Assembly: GCA_046497275.1 (NCBI GenBank)
Contig: JAWOFX010000035.1
Span: 1-32,000, forward strand
Reading direction: 5' to 3'
DNA: 32,000 nucleotides
Source: Promethearchaeia archaeon
GTDB lineage: Archaea > Asgardarchaeota > Lokiarchaeia > Sigyniarchaeales > SOKP01
Below the pieces are notes generated by a model. The model made no database searches, had not been told where the DNA came from, and saw nothing but the letters and a program-made list of their open reading frames with translations. Shown here one piece after another: positions 7,860 through 21,389 of this stretch. How positions within the stretch are numbered: the stretch's first letter is position 1; every line of letters begins with the position of its first letter. The position numbers and the translations under genes are program-made.

Positions 7860-8654
7860 TTATTTTTTTTCATTTATTAAAGGTTTAGCCGGACTTCCCG
7901 AATAAAACCCTTGATCTGGTTTCCCTCTCCAGCCTTTATGCAAAACAGATAAAGGATATATAACATAATTACTTTTCGCTTCCGCATTTGGCCCAGCTAT
8001 AACTCCAGGATAGAATATAGTATTTTGACCTAGTTTAATCTCCATAATACTAATTTTTCCAAATATAGTATTTACTGCGTGACTTGAAATTGCTGCTGTT
8101 GGATAAAAAAAAGAATTTTTTCCAATATCTGTAAATTCTAATCCAACGAAGTTATCACAATATATAACATTTTCCTCAATTTTATTATGCCCTATTTTTC
8201 TTAATGCATGATTAACTAACCAAGGAAAAGGGGACTTTGAACTTAACCATACTGGAAACTTAATAATAAAGCCTCTTCTATGATAGTATTTTAAAATCTT
8301 TCCCTCTTCTGATTCCAAATCATTTAAAACCCTCTTAAAAACCCCTTGCTTTGGAGCAGATTTCTTATTCCATCTTTTAACCCAGAATGCTGAAAATTCT
8401 ATCAATATAAGTATATATAAATAATAGAGAAATAGAATTAAAAAAGATAATAAGACTAAATGTAAAAGCAAATTAATTGCGAATAAAATTCTAAAAACAT
8501 ATTCAAATAATAAAAATAATCCTAAACAAATATAAAAAGGAAATAGAAAACAAATGAAATTAATCAGAAAGAATTCTAATATAGGAAGCTCCACTTTCTT
8601 CTCAATATCACTGTCATTCATCTTTCTTAATTGACTATCTACATTAGCTTCCAT
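7860..8654 (-). CDS. Membrane protein with two N-terminal TM helices and a C-terminal hexapeptide/left-handed beta-helix acyltransferase-like domain
   Basis: Hydrophobic aa ~25-90; IG/LG-spaced repeats (KIGHNKIEEN, DIGKNSFF, KLGQNTIF); C-terminal YSGSPAKP. Confidence 0.72.
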   Translation of the reverse strand: MEANVDSQLRKMNDSDIEKKVELPILEFFLINFICFLFPFYICLGLFLLFEYVFRILFAINLLLHLVLLSFLILFLYYLYILILIEFSAFWVKRWNKKSAPKQGVFKRVLNDLESEEGKILKYYHRRGFIIKFPVWLSSKSPFPWLVNHALRKIGHNKIEENVIYCDNFVGLEFTDIGKNSFFYPTAAISSHAVNTIFGKISIMEIKLGQNTIFYPGVIAGPNAEAKSNYVIYPLSVLHKGWRGKPDQGFYSGSPAKPLINEKK

Positions 8655-8712
8655 AATATTATTATTTATAAACTATTATTAAAAATTAATCTTAAAATTA
8701 TTTTTTATTCAT

Positions 8713-9693
8713 ATGATTGACATATTCACTGTTATTGGCGGAATAATATTATCTTTAGTGGCAACATTTTGCTATGCGATAGGATTTGTGTTGCAAAAAA
8801 TGGGGCTTTTACAAGGTTTACCTGAGCTTCATTTTAATCGTGGAATAAAAACAATACTCAAATCCTTTTTACAATTTTTTGGGAATAAATTATGGATTTC
8901 AGGCTTCTTATTAAGCTTAATTGGATGGATCCCATTTATGATCGCCGTATCCCTAGTAGGAGTTGTGGTTGTCCAACCTCTAACTGGTGTAGGCTTAATT
9001 GTATCACTTATAGCTTCTCATATTTTATTGAATGAAAAAATTTCTTTCATAGAAACTATTTCTGCTGGATCTTTAGTTTTTGCTCCTCTCCTAATCACTT
9101 TTGCGGGAATAACTGATGTATCTATAAATTTATATGAATTTTTAGTTCGTTTCTTAATTTATTTTATCTTAAGTTTAATCTTTTCATCATTAAGTTTTTA
9201 TATTTCAAAGAAAATGAATAATAAGAGATATGAAGCTACATTTCTAACAATAACAGGTGTAATTTTAAATGCTAATGCTATTTTATTTACAAATATTATG
9301 TCTCAAGCCCTTAAAGATGCAAATATTAATTTGATATCATGTTTTGGTTGGGCAGAGGTAATTTTTGGAATATTTTGGTTTGATTATTACCACTTTTGGG
9401 CATTTATTTCATTTTGGGGTCTTGCAATCTTTTTTTTAATAGGTTTTATATTTTATCAAAGTGGATTCCAAAAAGGAAAGGCGTCGACAATGTATCTTAT
9501 CATAAATTCTTTATCAATTATAATTCCTATTATAGTTGGTATATTTATTTTTAATCAAAACTTCCAAAATATTGGATTGTTCATTTTAGCTGTTATAATT
9601 ATTATCTTAGCTGATATGAATCTAAGCAAATATCAAGCAGAAATTGAGAAATTAGATAAAATTAAAAAAATCAAAAAGAACTCTTCAATCTGA
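8713..9693 (+). CDS. DMT-superfamily transporter (NIPA/EamA-like)
   Basis: ~9 hydrophobic segments; GFVLQK, LWISG, VVVQPL, LLNEKI pattern. Confidence 0.75.
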   Translation: MIDIFTVIGGIILSLVATFCYAIGFVLQKMGLLQGLPELHFNRGIKTILKSFLQFFGNKLWISGFLLSLIGWIPFMIAVSLVGVVVVQPLTGVGLIVSLIASHILLNEKISFIETISAGSLVFAPLLITFAGITDVSINLYEFLVRFLIYFILSLIFSSLSFYISKKMNNKRYEATFLTITGVILNANAILFTNIMSQALKDANINLISCFGWAEVIFGIFWFDYYHFWAFISFWGLAIFFLIGFIFYQSGFQKGKASTMYLIINSLSIIIPIIVGIFIFNQNFQNIGLFILAVIIIILADMNLSKYQAEIEKLDKIKKIKKNSSI

Positions 9694-9715
9694 TTTATTG
9701 GGTCAAAATTTAAAC

Positions 9716-14103
<4,388 letters not shown>

Positions 14104-14253
14104 ACACTAATCACATTCACAATAATTTTGAAATATAATCTAAGATAACTCCTATTTTTAAATAAGATTTCGTAATAAAATACGATGTTTCTACTAAAAA
14201 TTTTCAGTTATTTTTGATAAAAATTTAAGAAGAAAAGAAAAAAAGATAAATTT

Positions 14254-15096
14254 CTAGACTTTTAAGAAATCTATGATGTGTTGATTAACTTCTGGGGCTT
14301 TTTCTTTCGGAGATTCGTGTCCAGCATTTTCAATTACAATTAGTTGACTATTTGGAATTTGATTGTGAATTTTTTCGTTCATAATTTTTGGGGTTTGACG
14401 ATCTTTCTCAGCAGTTAAAATTAGTGTTTCAGCTTTTATTTGCGGTAAATCATCATAGACATCATAAATACCCAGAGCATGGGCTTGGTTTTTAATATCT
14501 TGTGGTCTTGAGGGATTAGTTTTGCTTATTTCTATCAAGTCTTCTGCTGAAAATAGATTATAAAATTTCTTTTTAGGATTTTCTTCCATTTTTTTTCGAA
14601 ACTTTCGATCAAAACCCATTTTAGCACCCTCAAAAAATGAACTTTTAGGATCTTCTAACATTTTATGATATTTATCAATTTGGGATTGTTTATACATTTC
14701 TAACCCTGACTTATCTCCAGGCCATTGTGGTAAAGTATTGATTAATATTAATTTCTTTAATCTTTCCGGGTAATTAATTGCGAAGGTCTGAACGATCATA
14801 CCTCCTAATGACCAACCAAGAACGTGTGCTTTATCAATTCCCAAATGATCCATTAATCCTGCCACATCATCGGCAAACATATACATGCTATAAGGTTCAT
14901 CTGGTCGATCTGATTTTCCCGCTCCTCTATTATCAAATCTTACTACCTTAAAATACTTGGAAAGAGGTTCAAATTGTGCTATCCATACTTCTTTATCTGC
15001 TCCGAATCCATGAACTAAAATTAAAGGCTCTCCTTCACCTTTAACTTCATAACACATTTTTATTCCATTTATTTCAGCAAATTTTTCTTCACTCAT
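14254..15096 (-). CDS. Alpha/beta hydrolase (Abhydrolase_1)
   Basis: HGFG, FDNRGAGKS, nucleophile GWSLGG, AEKD, AGH. Confidence 0.92.
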   Translation of the reverse strand: MSEEKFAEINGIKMCYEVKGEGEPLILVHGFGADKEVWIAQFEPLSKYFKVVRFDNRGAGKSDRPDEPYSMYMFADDVAGLMDHLGIDKAHVLGWSLGGMIVQTFAINYPERLKKLILINTLPQWPGDKSGLEMYKQSQIDKYHKMLEDPKSSFFEGAKMGFDRKFRKKMEENPKKKFYNLFSAEDLIEISKTNPSRPQDIKNQAHALGIYDVYDDLPQIKAETLILTAEKDRQTPKIMNEKIHNQIPNSQLIVIENAGHESPKEKAPEVNQHIIDFLKV

Positions 15097-15141
15097 AATT
15101 AATCTTATATTGAATTTTATTATAAATTTTTATCTTTAAAT

Positions 15142-15978
15142 TTAATGTATTAAAAATTTGATTAAAATTTTATTTACTTCAGGAGCGTGAGAAAGATGAA
15201 GAAAATGTCCAGAATTTTCGATCACTTGAATTCTACTTTTAGGTATTCTCTTATGTATTTCCATCATTGAAATCTTAGGTGTTAGTCTATCATGGGAACC
15301 AGCAATCAATAGAGTTTCTTGTTGGATTTTTTCTAAATGATCTAAAATGTTATGGGATCTGAGAGTATTACTCAAATTTTCAATATCTTGAGGAGTTGAA
15401 GGATTTTTAATAGACTCTTCTATAAGATCATTAGCCGAAAAAATTCCATAGAATTTTTTATCAGGGTTTTTCTTCATCTTTTTTATGAAATTCCTATGAA
15501 ATAAATTTCGAGACTTATTCCAAAAAGATTTCTCAGGATCTTTTTGAAGTAGTTTGACTTCCTCAGTTCGCCCATTTTTTATAAATTCTACTGCGTTTTC
15601 ATCGGGTATTCGAGGATTTGTAGTCATTAATACTAATTTATCAACTTTTTCAGGATATTTCAGGACAAAATGTTGAGCAACCATTCCTCCTAGAGATCTT
15701 CCGATAATATGGGCTTCATCAATTTTTATGTAGTCCATCAAACCAGCAATATCGTCTGCAAGCATTTCCATGGTATAGGGTATATTTGGTCTGTCTGATT
15801 TTCCCACTCCTCTCATATCGAATGCTAAAACGCGGAAATGCATACTTAATTCATTTACTTGAGCAACCCAAGTCTCTTTTTTACCTCCTATCCCATGAAT
15901 TAAAACAATAGGCTTCCCTTTTCCAAAATCATTATAACATAATTTTACTCCATCTATAAATGCAAATTTTTCGGTCAT
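15142..15978 (-). CDS. Alpha/beta hydrolase (Abhydrolase_1), tandem paralogue of 14254-15096
   Basis: HGIG, FDMRGVGKS, GRSLGG, GSHD, SGH; collinear with its neighbour. Confidence 0.92.
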   Translation of the reverse strand: MTEKFAFIDGVKLCYNDFGKGKPIVLIHGIGGKKETWVAQVNELSMHFRVLAFDMRGVGKSDRPNIPYTMEMLADDIAGLMDYIKIDEAHIIGRSLGGMVAQHFVLKYPEKVDKLVLMTTNPRIPDENAVEFIKNGRTEEVKLLQKDPEKSFWNKSRNLFHRNFIKKMKKNPDKKFYGIFSANDLIEESIKNPSTPQDIENLSNTLRSHNILDHLEKIQQETLLIAGSHDRLTPKISMMEIHKRIPKSRIQVIENSGHFLHLSHAPEVNKILIKFLIH

Positions 15979-16081
15979 TTTAAATTTGAAATCTATTTTT
16001 TAATTTCTCTAGATTAAAATCATCAATCCTTTTATTCTCGTAGAAATATTGGAGCTCTTCCGTTCTTAATACAATAATTAA

Positions 16082-17059
16082 TTATAAGTGTTTGTTAATA
16101 AAAGCAGCTATTTCTTCGAATGCTTGCCTGCCAGTAGGGTGATTATCACCATATTTATGAAAATCATGTGGCATATTCTCCCATATTTTAAGTTCAACCT
16201 CAACTTCTTGATCTCTTGCTTTTTCAGCTAAATTTTTTGCATCATCAAGTAAACCATCATGGCTTCCAGCATGGATTAATAGTGGTGGTAGCCCATTTAA
16301 GTCTCCGAATAAGGGTGATAAATACGGATTTTTTTTGCTTTCACCTTTGGAATATAAATATGATATTGGTTTCAATCCGGTCCCTAATTCAGGTTCTAAA
16401 TCTCTAAATTTCTTAATTGATTTAGCTCTACATTTAAGATCAACCCAAGGCGAGATTAGAATTGCTGCTCTGGGCATTTCTAAACCTAAATCCCTAGCTT
16501 TTAGAAGCATTGCCATCGCAAGTCCTCCACCTGCTGAAGCTCCACCGATAAATATTTCATTCGATTCAAATCCATTAGATAAGAGCCAATCATAACCTTT
16601 AATCGCATCTTCCAAGGCAGCAGGAAATGGTTTCTCAGGAGCAAGAGAATAATCAATTCCAAGAACATTTAGATTCATATATTTAGATAGTAAATAACGC
16701 ACATAGCTGTTCTCGCTTAAGCTCCCCGCAACATAACCACCTCCAAAAAAATAAAGAAATGCTTTATTTTTAGGATTATTTGGAAGTATCGTCCATTCGG
16801 CTTCAGTTCTTTTAATATTAAAATGATCCGATATAACGTTATCGGGGATATGATTTTTCATAACTTTTCCAACATATTCAGTGGTATATCGTTCCAGTTC
16901 TAAAATCAAATTCCAATCTCCCTTCATTTCCATTGCCTCTTCAACTGGAATATCTTTCAATTTTGCAAACTCAAATGTCGCCTTTTTTTTTAATTCCTCT
17001 TGATTTTTTAAGATTTTTTCAAAAGCAGCATCTACTTGAATAAGATTAAGATTTACCAT
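16082..17059 (-). CDS. HSL-family (family IV, Abhydrolase_3) esterase
   Basis: YFFGGGY, DYSLAPE, GASAGG, LISPW, HDGLLDD, MPHDF. Confidence 0.9.
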   Translation of the reverse strand: MVNLNLIQVDAAFEKILKNQEELKKKATFEFAKLKDIPVEEAMEMKGDWNLILELERYTTEYVGKVMKNHIPDNVISDHFNIKRTEAEWTILPNNPKNKAFLYFFGGGYVAGSLSENSYVRYLLSKYMNLNVLGIDYSLAPEKPFPAALEDAIKGYDWLLSNGFESNEIFIGGASAGGGLAMAMLLKARDLGLEMPRAAILISPWVDLKCRAKSIKKFRDLEPELGTGLKPISYLYSKGESKKNPYLSPLFGDLNGLPPLLIHAGSHDGLLDDAKNLAEKARDQEVEVELKIWENMPHDFHKYGDNHPTGRQAFEEIAAFINKHL

Positions 17060-17123
17060 ACTACCAAAAATTCATTATTCAATTAAATCTCTTACGATTA
17101 TAATCTAATTCTTGCACTAAAAG

Positions 17124-18176
17124 TTATCTACTACAAACAGAATACCCACAATGATTACAATTACCTGTATCATCAATATCCAATTTTACTATATTAAATT
17201 CAGATCTTTTAATCACTGTATCTCCACAGTTCGGACAACTTGTATCGCTTCCTTTGCCACCTAAAATATTTCCCAGATACACATAATCTAATCCTGCTGC
17301 TTTCCCCATATAAAATGCTTTTTCTAAAATATCTAAATTAGTATTGGATGTGAAACCATAATCCTTAGACTTAAAATACGGAAATGCTCTGGTAAAATGT
17401 AATGGTATTGATTTTCCTAAGTCATCTTTTATACGATCTATTACTCCTTGAACTATTTTCTCGTCTGTATTGAAATCTTCTATTAAGAGATTAGTAATTT
17501 CAACATGAACATCATTATTGACAAAAAGTTTAGCATTTCTCCAAACTTTATCCACATCAGCCCCACAATATTTTTGAACCATTTGTGAATCGCCTTTAAT
17601 ATCAATATTAATTGCATCTAAACCATTCTCTATTAAATCTTTTACAACCATTTCAGTCATATAACCATTAGAGACATAAGTGGTATATAACCCTTCTTTT
17701 TTTGCTAATTGAAATGCATCTAAAGAATATTCAAACAAGAGAGTTGGTTCATTAAATGAAATAGAGATCCCTTCACAATTATTTTGTATAGCTTTTTCTA
17801 TAAATTCTTCTGGAGATAAATAATCTTTTAAATTTTTTACTTTCTCTCTGATTGGAGCTTCAGGGTGAGAAAGATGATAATTCTGACACCAAAAACAACC
17901 AAAATTGCAACCGTAGGTTCCCACTGTATAGGCTTTCGTGCCAGGATGAAAATTATAAAAGGGTTTTTTTTCAATAGGATTTATAGACTCTGCTGGGATC
18001 TTTCCATAAACAATTGTATAAATTTCACCATCTAAATTCATACGAGTCCCACAAAATCCCGTATTATCTTTTTTAATCTTACATTTTCTTTCGCAAGTGA
18101 GACATTGTGAAAGATTTTCATTGATTTTGAATTGAAATTTGCTTTTTCTTAAGAATTTCTCATGAATAGCCGACAT
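17124..18176 (-). CDS. amrS: AmmeMemoRadiSam system radical SAM enzyme
   Basis: CxxCxxxC...GFCGTR N-terminus, PIEKKPFYNFHPG, GCNFGCFWCQN, SFNEPT, NIDIK, C-terminal CPNCG...CNHCG. Confidence 0.9.
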   Translation of the reverse strand: MSAIHEKFLRKSKFQFKINENLSQCLTCERKCKIKKDNTGFCGTRMNLDGEIYTIVYGKIPAESINPIEKKPFYNFHPGTKAYTVGTYGCNFGCFWCQNYHLSHPEAPIREKVKNLKDYLSPEEFIEKAIQNNCEGISISFNEPTLLFEYSLDAFQLAKKEGLYTTYVSNGYMTEMVVKDLIENGLDAINIDIKGDSQMVQKYCGADVDKVWRNAKLFVNNDVHVEITNLLIEDFNTDEKIVQGVIDRIKDDLGKSIPLHFTRAFPYFKSKDYGFTSNTNLDILEKAFYMGKAAGLDYVYLGNILGGKGSDTSCPNCGDTVIKRSEFNIVKLDIDDTGNCNHCGYSVCSR

Positions 18177-18306
18177 TTTTTCCTAGCAAGAATAAACGAT
18201 TATGGAATATAAAAAATATGTTTGCAATTTATTTAATGGTAGAATCAATTAACTTTTATCACACAAAATCATTTGATATAAATACCACTATGACAAATTA
18301 TAATCT

Positions 18307-20535
18307 ATGATCAACTGGATTATTTTAATTTTTTATTTCTTGGATATCAATAACATAATCACTATTGATAGCATATTTTTCGTAAATTTTCCAATATTAC
18401 TAATATCACGTTTAATTCTCATTAGTACATTTATTTTAAGCCATAGAGAAGAATATCCAAATGATCTAACAAAAGATCAAATGTCTTTCGTTAAAAAAAA
18501 TAAAAAATATCGAATTCTAAAAGAAATAATTATCCTCCTCTTTGGTATAATTTATTCCCCAATAACGATTTTTTTGACTCTATACACACTTATGAGAGTA
18601 GGGCTTATTCTTGAGAATAGAGGAACATTAAAAAGAACACATAAACTTGAGATATGTGGGAAATTTATAATTTTTTTCTTTCCAACCGGAGCATTATTAT
18701 GGTTCAGTATCGTAAATGATTTATTTTCGCTAATAGCTACTTCTTTTAGTTTAATACTCTTCCTTTATAAGTATCGAAGAAACTATTTATCTAAGTTAGT
18801 AGAATATGTTGAAAAGCATAGAAATAGACGCATAAATAAAATGGGGAGAACAGGTACAATAATTAAGGTTATAGGGCTTTTTTTTCTGATATCATTTCCC
18901 TTTTCTTTCATTTTAATCACTGGAATATATTCTCCTCCTGAAAAAATTACTAGAATGGTTAAAATGGAAGATGGTGTGGAATTAGCCACAGATGTTTATC
19001 TAGCTCCCGGATCTTTTGGCTCCCCTAGACCAGTAATTTTAGTAAGAACGCCATACGGAAAAAATGCGATGGGTGAATATTATGGACTGTTATATAATAC
19101 CCAAAAATATCACATGGTTGTTCAAGATTGTAGAGGAACTTTTGATTCAGGTGGTAAAGATGACTTTATTATATTTATGGAGGCATTTAGCGATGGAGTG
19201 GATACGATTGAATGGATAATGAATCAGAGTTGGTGCAATGGAAAAATAGCAAGTGTTGGTCCATCTGCACTTTGCATCAATCAATATTTTTATGCCGGAA
19301 TGAATCCGAATGGACTTGTTGGACAATCTCTTATGATTGGAACACCTGATTTATATAAAACAAGTATTTTTCGTGGAGGAGCTTTTCAGCAAAATTTAGT
19401 GCTTGAATGGATTAAAGGTGTCGCACCAGAAAATTATGAAGAACAACTTCAAACAATCATAAGTCACCCTAAAAAAGACTATTTATATAACTCAACTTCA
19501 CTTTTTATGGAAACGGGTCCAAATTTCGGAAATGTTAGCGTTCCTGCGATTCATATTGGTGGATGGTATGATACCTTCCAGCAAGGCACTCTAGATGGGT
19601 ATATGGGATATGATGATGAATCGCAAGCTCAAGGAAAGCAACTTTTAATAATGACACCCTCCACTCACGGAATGCCCAGAGAAGGTAAGATCGGAAACTT
19701 GACTTTTCCCACAACAAACTATAATGGATTTAATTTATATTTAGATTGGGAACAGAAATTATTAGATCATGTCTTATTTGGAAAACCTTTTGATTGGTCG
19801 GGGAATAGAGTTGCTTATTATTTGATGGGAGATGTTGATGATAAAACTATAACTGCTAATGAATATAAATTTGCTGAAGATTGGCCAGTTCCTTACGAGA
19901 ATAATACTTGGTATTTAAATTCGACAAGTGGGATTGGATTTTCTAATGGAACTATACCTTCGATTAATTTAAATCATTCATATCTTTTCGATCCTCGACA
20001 CCCCGTTCCAACTGTTGGAGGAAATAACTTATTATTAGATTCGGGACCTTATGATCAAAGAAAAGTGGAAACAAGAGATGATGTGCTTGTTTTTACTTCA
20101 TCTTCTCTTGAAGAACCTTATACGATCGTAGGAAGAATGTGGGCAGAGCTTTTTGTGAAATCCAACTGCACAAATACTGATTTTACAGTAAAATTATGTG
20201 ATGTATATCCTGATGGGAGGTCAATTTTAATTACTGATGGAATTATTAATGCTGCGAGGAGAGATGGATTCAATAAAACAGCACCAGACTTGAATGCAAG
20301 TGGAGTTCAGAAAGTGATTATTGACTTATGGTCTACAGCCTACCAATTCAACACAGGACATAAAATCCGTGTTTCGATATCGAGTTCAAATTATCCTCGT
20401 TTTGGAATAAATCCAAATACAGGAGAAGAACCAAAATTATATTCATATCAATATCTTCAAAGAAATATCGCAAATAATACTATTTTCGCTGGAAATCCAT
20501 GTAATTCCTCTATAATTTTACCAAAGTTGCTATAA
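18307..20535 (+). CDS. CocE/NonD family hydrolase with ~210-aa multi-TM N-terminal region
   Basis: DGVELATDVY, VRTPY, QDCRG, DGVDTIEW, GPSALC, GGWYD, STHG, FDPRHPVP, RDDVLVFTS, GHKIRVSISSSNYPRF. Confidence 0.9.
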   Translation: MINWIILIFYFLDINNIITIDSIFFVNFPILLISRLILISTFILSHREEYPNDLTKDQMSFVKKNKKYRILKEIIILLFGIIYSPITIFLTLYTLMRVGLILENRGTLKRTHKLEICGKFIIFFFPTGALLWFSIVNDLFSLIATSFSLILFLYKYRRNYLSKLVEYVEKHRNRRINKMGRTGTIIKVIGLFFLISFPFSFILITGIYSPPEKITRMVKMEDGVELATDVYLAPGSFGSPRPVILVRTPYGKNAMGEYYGLLYNTQKYHMVVQDCRGTFDSGGKDDFIIFMEAFSDGVDTIEWIMNQSWCNGKIASVGPSALCINQYFYAGMNPNGLVGQSLMIGTPDLYKTSIFRGGAFQQNLVLEWIKGVAPENYEEQLQTIISHPKKDYLYNSTSLFMETGPNFGNVSVPAIHIGGWYDTFQQGTLDGYMGYDDESQAQGKQLLIMTPSTHGMPREGKIGNLTFPTTNYNGFNLYLDWEQKLLDHVLFGKPFDWSGNRVAYYLMGDVDDKTITANEYKFAEDWPVPYENNTWYLNSTSGIGFSNGTIPSINLNHSYLFDPRHPVPTVGGNNLLLDSGPYDQRKVETRDDVLVFTSSSLEEPYTIVGRMWAELFVKSNCTNTDFTVKLCDVYPDGRSILITDGIINAARRDGFNKTAPDLNASGVQKVIIDLWSTAYQFNTGHKIRVSISSSNYPRFGINPNTGEEPKLYSYQYLQRNIANNTIFAGNPCNSSIILPKLL

Positions 20536-20547
20536 ATATTAAAAATC

Positions 20548-20555
20548 TTTTTTTT
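20548..20555 (+). terminator. Putative oligo-T terminator of the CocE gene
   Basis: T8 run 13 bp after the stop codon, in a convergent intergenic region. Confidence 0.4.
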
Positions 20556-20648
20556 ATAATTATATTGAAAAAACTTCTCAACATTAGTTCTTCTTAAACC
20601 GTTTTATCCTCACAAAAATAAGAAATAAAAAGAAAATTAAGTTAAATA

Positions 20649-21188
20649 TTAAGGAATGATAATTAAACCAAAAAAATCCAATAAAATAAAAATCAAGGAA
20701 ATAAATTCGAGAAGAATCCACAGATTTCTCTTCAAACTTCTTAAACTTTTAAGACTTTTTCCAGAATAATTGATGTTATTATAAATTAAAATCAGTATCC
20801 ATGCGGTTATAAGAAATGTAATTGGTAATGCAAGTGTTAAATAATTTTTTCCAACGAAATCTATTAAATATTTATATCCTAAGAAGGTGAAAGCATTTAT
20901 AACAAATGTAAATCCTAATCCAAATGAATATTCCGCAAAAGAAACAAATTTATTAACTTTTTCTATATCAGCATCGCCTTGTTTTATTTGAAATTTCGCT
21001 GATGAATTAGCAGAAACTGAATTAACGAATAATATAAAAGCAATCATTAATAGAAATGTTGCGATAACAATACCATTACTCGGGACATTTTGCCAAATTA
21101 AAGCCAAAATAGTCAAGACAATTCCTATCATAGTTGTTGAAAGTACAATCCAATCTTTTACATTAATTTTATCTACTTTTGAGCTCAT
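20649..21188 (-). CDS. Hypothetical integral membrane protein (~5 TM)
   Basis: 179-aa ATG ORF with about five hydrophobic segments; upstream AAAAAC-TTAAATA promoter-like motif. Confidence 0.75.
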   Translation of the reverse strand: MSSKVDKINVKDWIVLSTTMIGIVLTILALIWQNVPSNGIVIATFLLMIAFILFVNSVSANSSAKFQIKQGDADIEKVNKFVSFAEYSFGLGFTFVINAFTFLGYKYLIDFVGKNYLTLALPITFLITAWILILIYNNINYSGKSLKSLRSLKRNLWILLEFISLIFILLDFFGLIIIP

Positions 21189-21389
21189 TTTAATTATTTA
21201 AGGTTAATTGAATATTATAGAAACAAAATTATTTAGAGATATTTAAGTTTTTATAATAACCTCTTTCTTAGATATAAATTATTTTATAAATATTAAATCT
21301 CTAAAATATCCCCTCTTAAAGAAAACGGTTGGATTTCAAAGAATATTTAAATTTTTATTTAGGTTAAGTCTAATCTTATTATTTTTTAG

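Noticed and set aside
18290-18310. Six-codon ORF (MTNYNL) overlapping the CocE start via ATGA, suggesting a frameshifted N-terminus or uORF
   Set aside because: It is too short to distinguish from chance, and the TATA-like motif spacing fits a near-leaderless start at 18307.
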